This document shows, piece after piece, positions 41,953 to 51,743 of a stretch of DNA of 64,000 nt (positions within the stretch are counted from its first letter, which is position 1; each line of letters begins with the position of its first letter). Location: contig JAZQAR010000067.1 in assembly GCA_045545315.1 (NCBI GenBank), positions 591 to 64,590 of the forward strand, in the 5' to 3' direction. The position numbers and the translations under genes are program-made. Below the pieces are notes generated by a model. It searched no databases, had not been told where the DNA came from, and saw only the letters and a program-made list of their open reading frames with translations. The DNA is from Eubacteriales bacterium (GTDB lineage Bacteria > Bacillota > Clostridia > Oscillospirales > QAKW01).

Positions 41953-42880
41953 GAGGTCGATAATAGACCCGTTCCACGTCGGTCACGTCCACGGTGGCGG
42001 TTTGGCTGACACCGTTATCCTTGAGCAAATAGGCCGCCAGTTCCACCTTGGTATCCGCCTGATCCAGGGTGCCGAATTCCACGGTCACCGTATCATGGTA
42101 GATCAGATCGATATCGTAGCGTGCCTTAAAGCGGATCTCGTTGACCGCCTTCCAATCCATATCGGGGTTGTCCTGAAAGGCCAGGTACAGGCGCTCCAAA
42201 AAGCCGGTATAATCCGCTTCCTTAGGGAAGGCAAGGGTCTTGCCCACCTCCGGGGTGGTCACCTCTGCCAGCACCAGCCGGGGAACACCCACCAATTTTT
42301 CGGGCAGACCGGCAGGCTCTTCCTCCTCCGGGGGCTCCTCCCCTTCTGTGGGCTCTTCTTCGGATTCTTCTTCGGTGGGTTCCTCTTCCTCAGCGGGCTC
42401 CTCTTCCGTGGGGGTCTCCCCCTCTTGCGGTTCCTCTGCGGAGGGTGCCTCCTCCACCGGCGGAACGTAGTCCACGTATTCCAGCACCCGATAATACTCG
42501 TTCATCAGGGCGGTCCCTGCGGTGGTATGCATCCACACCACCGGCTGATTTTCCACAACGGTCACCTTCAGCTTGCTGGGCAACTGCCGACGGATGGTCA
42601 CGTCCTTTACGTAGGGCAGCTCCTTGATCTGATCAATGACCTCGAACTTATCCAGGCGGAACAGATTCTGCCCCACCTGCAGTTCCCCCTGCTCCAGGAT
42701 CTGGGTAGCGGAATAACGGGTGTTCCCTTCCACGATGATGGTCTCTGCATTAAAAAATACCGTCATAGAAAGGATGGTCAGCGTCAATAAAAACAGCACG
42801 AAAAGCAGGCTAAAGAAAACCACCTTTGCCCGTTTTTTCCGTCTTTGTTTTTTCAGATAATAGCGATCGACGCTGTTCAT
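41945..42880 (-). CDS. ftsQ: Cell division protein FtsQ/DivIB with an acidic Pro/Glu-rich insertion
   Basis: A basic N-terminus, a TM (VVFFSLLFVLFLLTLTILSMTVFF) and a POTRA-like region (IIVEGNTRYSATQILEQGELQVGQNLF). Its position is between murG and ftsZ. Confidence 0.85.
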   Translation of the reverse strand: MNSVDRYYLKKQRRKKRAKVVFFSLLFVLFLLTLTILSMTVFFNAETIIVEGNTRYSATQILEQGELQVGQNLFRLDKFEVIDQIKELPYVKDVTIRRQLPSKLKVTVVENQPVVWMHTTAGTALMNEYYRVLEYVDYVPPVEEAPSAEEPQEGETPTEEEPAEEEEPTEEESEEEPTEGEEPPEEEEPAGLPEKLVGVPRLVLAEVTTPEVGKTLAFPKEADYTGFLERLYLAFQDNPDMDWKAVNEIRFKARYDIDLIYHDTVTVEFGTLDQADTKVELAAYLLKDNGVSQTATVDVTDVERVYYRPQK

Positions 42881-42892
42881 AACTTCACCTTC

Positions 42893-44002
42893 TTAATGAA
42901 TGAGGTTGAATAGTTCACGATAGATGACCTCGCCCGCCTCCGGCAATGCCAGTTCCCGGGCGTGGGTGCCCAATTGGGCCCGTTTTTGAGGATTGTTTTT
43001 CAGTTCCAGGATCATTTCGTAGAGCTTTTCGGCAGAAAGATCCTTTTCCTCCAGCAGCAAGGCCCCGTCCCGATCGGAAAGGGAGCGAGCGTTATAATAC
43101 TGGTGGTTATGGGTCACGTTGGGGGAAGGGATCAGAATAGCAGGCTTGCCCAGGGCGGTCAATTCGCCCAGGGTCAAAGCACCGGCACGGCTGATCACCG
43201 CATCTGCCGCCGCCAGATGCACCGGCATATCATACAGATAGGGGCGCACGGAGATGGGGCCTTCCGCCTCCGGGTCGAAGCCCTTTTCCTTGAGGGAATC
43301 GGGCATCCACGCCCAGCCGGACTGACCGGTGGCGTGCATTTGATAAAAATCCTTTTGGGTATGATTCCGGGCGATAAAATCCACCATAGCCCGGTTGATC
43401 TGCAAGGCGCCCAGGCTCCCCGCAAAGGAGAGTAAGTAAAAAGCATCCTCCGGCAGGTTCAACTGCTTGCGGGCATCCTCCCGGGAAAGGCTCAGCACCT
43501 CTTCCCTTAAGGGGTTGCCGGAAAGCACCAGTTTTTTGGCGCCGGGGAAATATTTTTCCGTTCCCGGAAAGCTGATAAAGACGATATCCGCCTTTTTGGC
43601 CAGCATTTTACTGGTGATGCCGGGGTAGGCGTTTTGCTCGTGAATACAGGTAGGGATCTTAAGGCTTTGTGCCGCCGCCACCACCGGGCCGGACACGTAG
43701 CCGCCGGTTCCGATCACCAGATCCGGTTTGAATTCCCGGATGATCTTTTTACATTCGGCGTGGGCCTTTAAATAAAGGTACACGGTCTTAAAATTATCCA
43801 GAGTCAGTTTACGGCGAAAGCCCTGGGTCTGAACGGCCTTAAAGGGATAGCCCGCCTTTTGCACCAGGGTCTCTTCGATCTTACCTTGATTGCCGATGAA
43901 TAAGCATTCGGCATTGGGATTTTTACTTTTGATCATAGCGGCGATGGCCAATGCGGGATTGCAATGGCCGGCTGTTCCGCCGCCGGCTAAAATCACTCTC
44001 AT
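42893..44002 (-). CDS. murG: UDP-N-acetylglucosamine--lipid I transferase MurG
   Basis: MRVILAGGGTAGHCNPALA... and the C-terminal ...ISRAGALTLGELTALGKPAILIP motif. Confidence 0.95.
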   Translation of the reverse strand: MRVILAGGGTAGHCNPALAIAAMIKSKNPNAECLFIGNQGKIEETLVQKAGYPFKAVQTQGFRRKLTLDNFKTVYLYLKAHAECKKIIREFKPDLVIGTGGYVSGPVVAAAQSLKIPTCIHEQNAYPGITSKMLAKKADIVFISFPGTEKYFPGAKKLVLSGNPLREEVLSLSREDARKQLNLPEDAFYLLSFAGSLGALQINRAMVDFIARNHTQKDFYQMHATGQSGWAWMPDSLKEKGFDPEAEGPISVRPYLYDMPVHLAAADAVISRAGALTLGELTALGKPAILIPSPNVTHNHQYYNARSLSDRDGALLLEEKDLSAEKLYEMILELKNNPQKRAQLGTHARELALPEAGEVIYRELFNLIH

Positions 44003-45147
44003 TCTTTATTCTCCAATCTGGAATAGCGGGAGACCCCCAGCACCAGTCCCATCTCCGCCAACAGCAACAGCAAGGCTGTACCGCCGTAGCTGAAGAAGGG
44101 CAAGGCAATACCGGTGGGCGGAACCGCATTGGTCACAACGCCGATATTCAGAATGACCTGGATGGCCACCTGGCACATGATCCCCACCACCAGGAGGGAG
44201 CCGAATTTATCCCGGGCGTGATAGGCGATCACAAAGCCCCGCCAGATCAGCAGAACGAACAGAATGATCACCATCATAGCGCCCACGAAGCCCAGTTCCT
44301 CGCAGATGATGGAAAAGATATAATCGTTTTGCGGTTCAGGAATATAAAGATGCTTTTGATAGGAATTGCCCAGGCCGCGTCCCAAAAGTCCACCGCTGCC
44401 GATGGCATAAAGGGATTGCACCGTCTGGAAGCTGCTGCCGGTCACGTCCTCAAAGGGATGAAGCCAGGTATAGATCCGGGTGCGGGCATAGGGGATCAGG
44501 GCAATAAAGCCGCCCATTGCCAACACACCGGCACCGCCGATGCTCAGGAACCAGCGCAGATTTACGCCCCCCACAAACATCATCGCAATACCGATACAAA
44601 ACAGCAATACCGCACAGGAAATATGGGTCTCCACCGCCACCAGGCCGCAGATCACAAAAACCAGGCCTGCGGGCGGTAACAGCCCCACCTTGACGTCCTT
44701 CATATTATCGTAATTGGCCGCCATATAGGAGGATAGGGTCATGATCAGCGCCAGCTTGGCGATCTCGCTGGGCTGGAACTGGATGCCGAAATTCAGCCAA
44801 CGGCGGGCTCCACCGGCCTTGACGCCGATCCCGGGGATCAGCACCAGCACCAACAAAACCACCGTTATGATCAATAACCAAGGGATCCAACGGCGGAACC
44901 AGTTGTAATTGAAGCGGGTCACGATCAGCAACGCTACGATCCCGCCCACCGCAAACAGCAGCTGGCGTTTGATATAGTAAAAGCTATCGCCCTCTTTATG
45001 GAGTGCGCTGACGTAGCTGGCGGAGGCAACCATGATCAAGCCAAAGGTCAAAAGGCACAGCACCAGGATCAAAAAGACCAGGTCGATACCGCCCGCTTCC
45101 CCCTTTTGGGCAAAGCATTTATGATACCATCTTGTTTTCTTGGCCAT
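43999..45147 (-). CDS. ftsW: FtsW/SpoVE (SEDS) peptidoglycan polymerase
   Basis: A polytopic SEDS pattern (...QPSEIAKLALIM..., ...LPFFSYGGTALL...). Start chosen at ATG 45147 with an AAAGGAGG SD; the track ORF starts at TTG 45165. Confidence 0.9.
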   Translation of the reverse strand: MAKKTRWYHKCFAQKGEAGGIDLVFLILVLCLLTFGLIMVASASYVSALHKEGDSFYYIKRQLLFAVGGIVALLIVTRFNYNWFRRWIPWLLIITVVLLVLVLIPGIGVKAGGARRWLNFGIQFQPSEIAKLALIMTLSSYMAANYDNMKDVKVGLLPPAGLVFVICGLVAVETHISCAVLLFCIGIAMMFVGGVNLRWFLSIGGAGVLAMGGFIALIPYARTRIYTWLHPFEDVTGSSFQTVQSLYAIGSGGLLGRGLGNSYQKHLYIPEPQNDYIFSIICEELGFVGAMMVIILFVLLIWRGFVIAYHARDKFGSLLVVGIMCQVAIQVILNIGVVTNAVPPTGIALPFFSYGGTALLLLLAEMGLVLGVSRYSRLENKE

Positions 45148-45181
45148 AAAGCCTCCTTTCTCCAAAATCGGTCAAACCAAA

Positions 45182-46195
45182 TCAAACGTTAAAATAACGG
45201 AAATAGAACATCCCCCAAAGGGCGATCAAGCACCCAATGGCGCTGATGACGGTAAAGACCGCCACGATCTTGACCTCCTTCCAGCCACACATCTCAAAAT
45301 GGTGGTGGATGGGGGTCATTTTAAAGATCCGCTTGCCGTGGGTCAGCTTATAGAAGCCCACCTGCAGTACCACGGAAACCCCTTCGATCAGGTACATAAT
45401 ACCGCCGATCAAAATGAAATAGGGCATATCGTAGGCCATAGCCAGAGCCACCACGGAAGCCCCCAGGAACAGGGAACCGGTATCCCCCATAAACACCTTG
45501 GCCGGATGGAAGTTATAGATCAAAAAGGCCAAAAGCCCGCCCAAAAGGGCCGAAGCAAACAGGGTGATCCCGGTGTTGGAGGTATTCATCTTTAAAAAGT
45601 AGCCCACCACGATAAAGGATACCAGGTACGGCAGGGTCACGCTGGTGACCAGGCCGTCCAGCCCATCGGTCAGGTTCACGGAGTTCACGAAAAAGAACAC
45701 GAAGGGGATCATAATTAGAAAATAGAACCAGGAAAGATGCAGTCGAAGGTTCACAAAGGGGATAAAAATAGTATCCGAAATAATGTTCGCCGTATACAGA
45801 GCCCCCAGATAAAGGGCTATGATCAGCATCAAGGGCAGCGTTTTTTGCAGAACGGTGAGACCCTGGTTACGCTTTTTGACCACCTTGACGTAGTCATCCA
45901 AAAAGCCCACCAGGCCGCACAGCACCACGAAGACCAGGGAGATCAACAACCGAAGGTCCCCCTTCAGCATCTCGCCCATTCCCAAAACCAGGGTCACCAG
46001 CACGGTGGGGATAATAAAGATCAACCCGCCGATGGTGGGAGTTCCCTGCTTGGTCTCCTTATGCCAGGAGGGACCGATATCCAAAATACTTTGGGAAAAC
46101 TTTAACCGCCGGAGCCAGGGCAGGATCCAGGGTGCCAGCAACAAAGCCAGCAAAAAGCCGGCGGAAACTGCTGTAAAAATGATCCAATTTTCCAT
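45182..46195 (-). CDS. mraY: Phospho-N-acetylmuramoyl-pentapeptide transferase MraY
   Basis: ...KQGTPTIGGLIFI..., NSVNLTDGLDGL, MGDTGSLFLG and HHHFE motifs. Start set at ATG 46195 (MENWII), just after the murF stop. Confidence 0.93.
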   Translation of the reverse strand: MENWIIFTAVSAGFLLALLLAPWILPWLRRLKFSQSILDIGPSWHKETKQGTPTIGGLIFIIPTVLVTLVLGMGEMLKGDLRLLISLVFVVLCGLVGFLDDYVKVVKKRNQGLTVLQKTLPLMLIIALYLGALYTANIISDTIFIPFVNLRLHLSWFYFLIMIPFVFFFVNSVNLTDGLDGLVTSVTLPYLVSFIVVGYFLKMNTSNTGITLFASALLGGLLAFLIYNFHPAKVFMGDTGSLFLGASVVALAMAYDMPYFILIGGIMYLIEGVSVVLQVGFYKLTHGKRIFKMTPIHHHFEMCGWKEVKIVAVFTVISAIGCLIALWGMFYFRYFNV

Positions 46196-46197
46196 TT

Positions 46198-47535
46198 TTA
46201 AACCAACCTTTCCTTCAGGTCCTTGGCCAGGAGACCGAAGTTCATATAGTTCGAGGCCTTCAGCAGCAGGCAATCGCCGGGCTTGAGCATGGGCTCCAAA
46301 AGATCCCGTGCCGCCGTAGCATTGCCCACGTGATATTTTTCACAATTTTCCGGCAGCGCCTCGTAAAGGATCCGGGCGCGGCTTCCTACCGCCACCACCA
46401 CATCGATCCCCAGCTCGGCGCAGACCTCTGCCACCTCCCGATGGCCCTGTTCCTCATAGACGCCCAGCTCCAGCATATCGCCCAAAACCGCTACCTTGCG
46501 GCCTTGCTTGCCGGCCAGCACCTTCAACGCCGCCCGCATGGAATCGGGGGAGGCATTATAACTATCGTCGATGACGGTCACACCGCCCACGACCTCAACA
46601 AATTGACGGCGACCGTCGCCGGTGAAGCTTTCCAGCCCCTGCTTCAGAAGTTCGGCCTTCACGCCCAGCAGATACCCCACGCCGAAGGCGGCCAGGGCAT
46701 TCATGATCTGATGCTCCCCTTCCACCTGCAGGGTGATGGGCAGTTTTCCGCCGGGATAGCAAAGGGTAAAGGAGTTTTGATCGATCTCCTCTGCCCGGAA
46801 GGAGTTGTGGGCAGAAAGCCCAAAATAGAAGCAGGTCTTTTCCGGGCGGGCGCCGTAAAGCAGGGGTTCATCCCCGTTCAAAAGAGCAACACCGCCTTTT
46901 TTCAGGGCATCCACCATCTCCAGCTTGGCCTTGGCAATATTTTCACGGCTACCCAAAAGTTCCAGATGTGCCACACCGATATTGGTGATGACTGCCAGAT
47001 CCGGCTGTACGTATTGTGCCGCATCGGTGATCTGACCCAGGCCCCGCATCCCCATCTCCACCACGGCGGCCCGGTCGTTTTCGGCCACGTTCAGGGCGGT
47101 GGCAGGAATGCCCAGCTCGTTATTCTGATTTCCCTTGGTGCCGGAGGCTGTCATCCCCGGTGCCAGGGCAGATAGGATAAAATTCTTGGTGGTGGTCTTC
47201 CCCACACTACCGGTAACACCCACCACCCGGGCCTTCATTCCCTCCAGGTGGGTCTTGGCCAAAAGGGCCAGTGCAACCCGCACGTCCTCTACCCGGAAAA
47301 CCGGGTTCCGGGGGGTAAAATCCAGGGGTTCAGTAGTTAGAAAAGCGATCTCACCATAGGCTTCGTCTAACTGACGGATATAGTTGTGACCGTTATTCCG
47401 TTCCCCCGCAATGGCGGCAAAGAGCATCCCGTTCTGCATCTCCCGGGAATCCCAGGAAAAGCCGGTGAGCAGATAATCTCTGCCGCTGTATTCCTGCCCC
47501 AAGCTTTGGGCAATTTGATGGACCGTTAATTTCAT
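46198..47535 (-). CDS. murF: UDP-MurNAc-tripeptide--D-Ala-D-Ala ligase MurF
   Basis: The Mur ligase P-loop VGVTGSVGKTTTK and a dcw-cluster position between murE and mraY. Confidence 0.93.
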   Translation of the reverse strand: MKLTVHQIAQSLGQEYSGRDYLLTGFSWDSREMQNGMLFAAIAGERNNGHNYIRQLDEAYGEIAFLTTEPLDFTPRNPVFRVEDVRVALALLAKTHLEGMKARVVGVTGSVGKTTTKNFILSALAPGMTASGTKGNQNNELGIPATALNVAENDRAAVVEMGMRGLGQITDAAQYVQPDLAVITNIGVAHLELLGSRENIAKAKLEMVDALKKGGVALLNGDEPLLYGARPEKTCFYFGLSAHNSFRAEEIDQNSFTLCYPGGKLPITLQVEGEHQIMNALAAFGVGYLLGVKAELLKQGLESFTGDGRRQFVEVVGGVTVIDDSYNASPDSMRAALKVLAGKQGRKVAVLGDMLELGVYEEQGHREVAEVCAELGIDVVVAVGSRARILYEALPENCEKYHVGNATAARDLLEPMLKPGDCLLLKASNYMNFGLLAKDLKERLV

Positions 47536-48959
47536 GCTTGCTCCAAAAATTCCTTTACGATTTCTTTTTCGTCAAACCGGATGGTGCCGGTGTTCAAAAT
47601 CTGATAGTTTTCGTGGCCTTTTCCCGCCAACAGGATCAGATCATCCTTTTGGGCATGGGCCAGAGCGTAGCCAATGGCTTCCTTACGGTTTTCAATGACC
47701 GTATGAGGAATATCGATCCCCTCTAACCCCACCAGGATATCCCGCAGGATCCCGGCGGGATCCTCGGTACGGGGGTTATCGGAGGTAACGATCAGGTAGT
47801 CGCTGTATCGGGCGGCGGCCTTAGCCATCAAGGGGCGCTTGGTCTTATCCCGATCTCCGCCGCAACCGAACAGGGTCACGATCCGCCCTTTGGCAAAAGC
47901 CTTCAGGGTGGTGAGGATATTCTCCAAAGCGTCGGGGGTATGAGCGTAATCCAGCATTACGGTGAAGGGCAGGCCCCGAGTGATGACCTCGGCTCTGCCG
48001 GGCACCTGGGGGATCTTGTTCAGCCCTTCTGCTACTTCCTTGAAGGAATAGCCTGCCTGCAACAGCATTCCGGCGGCACAAAGGGTGTTATGCACTGTGA
48101 ACATCCCGGGGGTCGATACCCGGATCGGGGCGGTCTCGCCCTCAAAATGCATCTGATAAGCGGCACCTTCCACCGAAATCTCGATATTTTCTGCCCACAG
48201 ATCCGCCTTGGGATCGGTGGCGGAATAGGTGATGCCCCCGAACCGATCGGCAAACATACGGCCGGTCTCGTCGTCCAGGTTCAATACGTTCTTTTGGCTC
48301 AATTCAAAGAGCCGTGCCTTGGCATCCCGATAATTTTCCATGGTCTTGTGGTAATCCAGGTGATCCTGGGTCAGATTGGTAAAACCCGCCACCGCAAAGG
48401 GCAGGCTATCCACCCGATGCTGATCCATAGCCTGGGAGGAAACCTCCATCACCACGGTCTGTACCCCGGCATTTTTCATCCTTGCCAGCAGTTCATACAG
48501 CTGATAAGGCTCCGGGGTGGTAAAGGCCGTCGGGAAGGTCTCGGCGCCGATCTGATTATGAACGGTGCCGATCAATCCGGCCTTGATGCCCATACCGTCT
48601 AAAATGCTTTTAACAAATTGGGAGGAGGAGGTCTTACCGTTGGTGCCGGTCACCGCCAAAAAGGTCATAGACTTTTCGGGATGGCCGAAAAAGTTGGCGC
48701 AAAGCACCTGAAAGGCGGCACGGGTATTGGAGCAAAGGATTTCCGGCTTTCCGCAATCGGTGGGATGCTCCACCAAAACCGCCGCAGCGCCTTTTTCTGC
48801 CGCCATTGCCGTAAAGCGGTGACCGTCGGCGGTCCCGCCGGGGATCGCCACGAACAGCCAGCCGGGCTGTACTTGTCGGGAATCGCAAGTAATACCGGCG
48901 ATCTCCAGCTCGGGATGAACCGCCGTTTCAATGCCCGTTAAAAGTTCAGATAACCGCAT
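47532..48959 (-). CDS. murE: UDP-MurNAc-L-Ala-D-Glu--2,6-diaminopimelate (or L-Lys) ligase MurE
   Basis: AVTGTNGKTSS P-loop, the ...DYAHTPDALEN motif and ...GCGGDRD.... Confidence 0.93.
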   Translation of the reverse strand: MRLSELLTGIETAVHPELEIAGITCDSRQVQPGWLFVAIPGGTADGHRFTAMAAEKGAAAVLVEHPTDCGKPEILCSNTRAAFQVLCANFFGHPEKSMTFLAVTGTNGKTSSSQFVKSILDGMGIKAGLIGTVHNQIGAETFPTAFTTPEPYQLYELLARMKNAGVQTVVMEVSSQAMDQHRVDSLPFAVAGFTNLTQDHLDYHKTMENYRDAKARLFELSQKNVLNLDDETGRMFADRFGGITYSATDPKADLWAENIEISVEGAAYQMHFEGETAPIRVSTPGMFTVHNTLCAAGMLLQAGYSFKEVAEGLNKIPQVPGRAEVITRGLPFTVMLDYAHTPDALENILTTLKAFAKGRIVTLFGCGGDRDKTKRPLMAKAAARYSDYLIVTSDNPRTEDPAGILRDILVGLEGIDIPHTVIENRKEAIGYALAHAQKDDLILLAGKGHENYQILNTGTIRFDEKEIVKEFLEQA

Positions 48960-48986
48960 TTTTCTCCTCCTTCTTGCCCAGAGGGG

Positions 48987-51209
48987 TTACATACTGGAAA
49001 CACCCTCGGAGCTATTGGTTCGAATGGTGATGACCGCACCCTCCGCCACCATGGTACCGGCGGCCGGAGATTGGGAGATCACCAAGGACGTTGCTTCGGT
49101 ATTGGCATTGCCCACCACCCGGACGTTCAAGCCCGATTGCTTGATGCGGTTGGTGGCACCCGCCACGCTATAGTTCACCAGGTCGGGAACCATAATATTT
49201 TCATTAGGCGTCTTGCCGTCGGTATAAAGGATCATGGTTCCGCTGAGGGGCATCGTTCCGCCGGCGGCCGGGGATTGGCCGGTGACAGTATCGCCGTCGC
49301 CCACCACCTTACTGGTGATCCCCTTTTCCTTCAGGAGCGCCTGAGCATTGGTCAAGGTCTGATCCATCACGGAAGGAACGGAAACGTCCAAGGTTTCCAG
49401 TTCTTCGGCAGTATAGCGAGGCTGAACACCCAGATAAGGCAGAATATCCGCCAGCACGTCGCCGGCCACGGGAGCGGCAATAATACCGCCGTAGATCTCG
49501 CTTTTGCTGGGGGTATCCAGCATTACCAGAATGGCATACTCGGGGTCGTCTGCCGGCGCAAAACCGATAAAGGACGAAATATAGGTCTTTTCACCGGTGG
49601 CGTTGTAAACGTCGATCTTCTCGGAGGTACCGGTCTTACCGGCTACCCGATAGCCCTTTACGTAGGCATTTTTACCGGAGCCCACCGAAACGACCTCTTC
49701 CAAAAGGTCGCAGACCTGGTTGCTGGTCTCCTTGGAGATGACCTGTCGCTTGGCCTCGGCGGAAAAGCTCTTGATCACCTTTTCGTTGCCGTCCTCCTGG
49801 GTCTCGGTGATCTCACGCACCACGTGAGGAGTGATCAGATCCCCGCCGTTGGCGGCCCCCGCCACGGCGGGCAGCATCTGCAGGGGGGTCACCTTGGAGT
49901 TCTGTCCGAAGGAGGCGGTGGCCAGTTCCACCTCCTGGAACTTGGAGAACCAAATGCCGCTGGCTTCACCGGTCAGATCCACGCCGGTCTTTTCGGTCAG
50001 ACCGAAGTTTTTGAAGTAATCGTAGAAGGTGGAGGCACCCACCTTGGCGCCGATGGTGATAAAGGCCGGGTTGCAGGAATTCTGGATCGCCTTGGAAAGG
50101 GTCTGCATTCCGTGTCCCCCGCTCTTCCAGCAACGGATGGAGCGGTCGGCCACCCGGATATATCCGGGGCAATTATAGGTATTATTGGTGTTGATCAGCC
50201 CTTCCTCCAAAGCCATGGAGAGGGTGATGATCTTAAAGGTGGAGCCGGGCATATAGGTATCCACCGTACACTTATTCCGCCAGATCTTATTGCGGTAATC
50301 GGTGGTGGTGGTCTCCAGCTCCTCGCCGGTCAGAGTAGCCAAATTTTCCAGCATCATCTGATCGGTGATGGTATTGTATTGGTTGGGGTCGTAGTTGGGC
50401 AGAGAGGCCATACCGTAGATCTCGCCGTTCTTTACGTTCATCACGATCCCGGCAGCGCCCTCCAGACACTGCTGCTCCAGCCGGGCGCTCTGCAGGTGCT
50501 TTTCCAGGTAATATTGCACCGTTTCGTCGATGGTCAGCACCACGTTCCGGCCGTTTTGGGCCTCCACGTAGGTTTCGTATTCATAGGGCAGCTCTTCGCC
50601 GATGGCGTTTTTGGCGGTGATCATTTTACCGCTGGTGCCCTGGAGATATTCGTTATAGATCTTTTCGATACCGTCCAGCCCCACGTTATCGGTGCCGGTA
50701 AAGCCCAAGATATGGCAAGCCAGGTTATTATTGGGATAATAGCGCTTGGTATCGTTCACCAGATGGATGCCGGAAAGGTCGTTTTCATCGATAAATGCCC
50801 GCACCTTGTCGGCGGTCTCGGAATCGATCCGACGCTTGATCAGCTCGTAATAGTTGTTCTTTTTGGTTTTTTCCAAAACGGTGGTTTCGTCCACCCCTAA
50901 AATTTCTGCCAGCCCCCGGGCTACGGTGGGAGCATCCTCATCGTCCACGCCCTTGGGGTTGATATAGACCGTTTCTACCGGAGCAGAAATAGCAAGGGCG
51001 GTATAGTTACGGCTATAGATGGTGCCCCGTTCGGGGGTCAGGGTCGTATCCATGGTCTGTTGCTGGATCGCCCGGGTCTGATAAAAGGTATAATTGACGA
51101 TCTGATATCTGGCCAGGGTGCCCGCCATCCATACCAGCAAAGCCACCGCAAAAATACCCAGAAGAACGGTGCTTCGGGTGACCATTGATTTGCTTGGGCC
51201 TTTTCCCAT
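48987..51209 (-). CDS. Class B penicillin-binding protein (FtsI/PBP2B/SpoVD type) with two PASTA domains
   Basis: SxxK (GSTFK), SxN (NSCN) and KTGT motifs, plus two C-terminal PASTA-like repeats. Start chosen at ATG 51209 with an AAAGGAG SD; the track ORF starts at 51260. Confidence 0.92.
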   Translation of the reverse strand: MGKGPSKSMVTRSTVLLGIFAVALLVWMAGTLARYQIVNYTFYQTRAIQQQTMDTTLTPERGTIYSRNYTALAISAPVETVYINPKGVDDEDAPTVARGLAEILGVDETTVLEKTKKNNYYELIKRRIDSETADKVRAFIDENDLSGIHLVNDTKRYYPNNNLACHILGFTGTDNVGLDGIEKIYNEYLQGTSGKMITAKNAIGEELPYEYETYVEAQNGRNVVLTIDETVQYYLEKHLQSARLEQQCLEGAAGIVMNVKNGEIYGMASLPNYDPNQYNTITDQMMLENLATLTGEELETTTTDYRNKIWRNKCTVDTYMPGSTFKIITLSMALEEGLINTNNTYNCPGYIRVADRSIRCWKSGGHGMQTLSKAIQNSCNPAFITIGAKVGASTFYDYFKNFGLTEKTGVDLTGEASGIWFSKFQEVELATASFGQNSKVTPLQMLPAVAGAANGGDLITPHVVREITETQEDGNEKVIKSFSAEAKRQVISKETSNQVCDLLEEVVSVGSGKNAYVKGYRVAGKTGTSEKIDVYNATGEKTYISSFIGFAPADDPEYAILVMLDTPSKSEIYGGIIAAPVAGDVLADILPYLGVQPRYTAEELETLDVSVPSVMDQTLTNAQALLKEKGITSKVVGDGDTVTGQSPAAGGTMPLSGTMILYTDGKTPNENIMVPDLVNYSVAGATNRIKQSGLNVRVVGNANTEATSLVISQSPAAGTMVAEGAVITIRTNSSEGVSSM

Positions 51210-51332
51210 TTGCTTGCTCCTTTCACTGATTTTTCGGCTCCGCACCGAAAAAAACGACAAAATTTATCCGTCCATATAAGCGCAAAATGAGAGTAAGAAT
51301 AAATTCCCACTCTCGTTTCACTATATTAGCCG

Positions 51333-51719
51333 TTAGTTCAGATATTCCAAAAGAATATTGAATTCAGCGACGACGCCATCCCACCAGCTGTTATTCTTCG
51401 GCTCATCCTTGACGATCTCGATGGTATCGTCGGTGAGCAGGTTGATGGTCTGGATCTGGTAGTTTTCGATCTTTACCATTCCCAGCTCCTCGGTGGCGAT
51501 CCGTTCGATCTCACCCATCTGGTTTTTGGTATCGATGGAAACCTGCAGGGCGCCGGCTTCCCCTTCCAGAGCGGTCAGTTCATTTTTCGCCTTGAGCAAC
51601 TGGTCCGAAACGTTGTTCAAGGTAATATGGCTGTATAAGAGGTATCCGCCAACGATCATAATAGCCGCCAAACAGAGCACCACGCTCCATCGGATACCGC
51701 GAATATTGAATTTTTTCAT
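51333..51719 (-). CDS. ftsL: FtsL-like cell division protein
   Basis: 128 aa with a single TM followed by a coiled coil (LKAKNELTALEGEAGALQVSID), located between rsmH and the PBP gene. Confidence 0.75.
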   Translation of the reverse strand: MKKFNIRGIRWSVVLCLAAIMIVGGYLLYSHITLNNVSDQLLKAKNELTALEGEAGALQVSIDTKNQMGEIERIATEELGMVKIENYQIQTINLLTDDTIEIVKDEPKNNSWWDGVVAEFNILLEYLN

Positions 51720-51743
51720 TGCCGGAAACTCCTTTTTTGTTCT

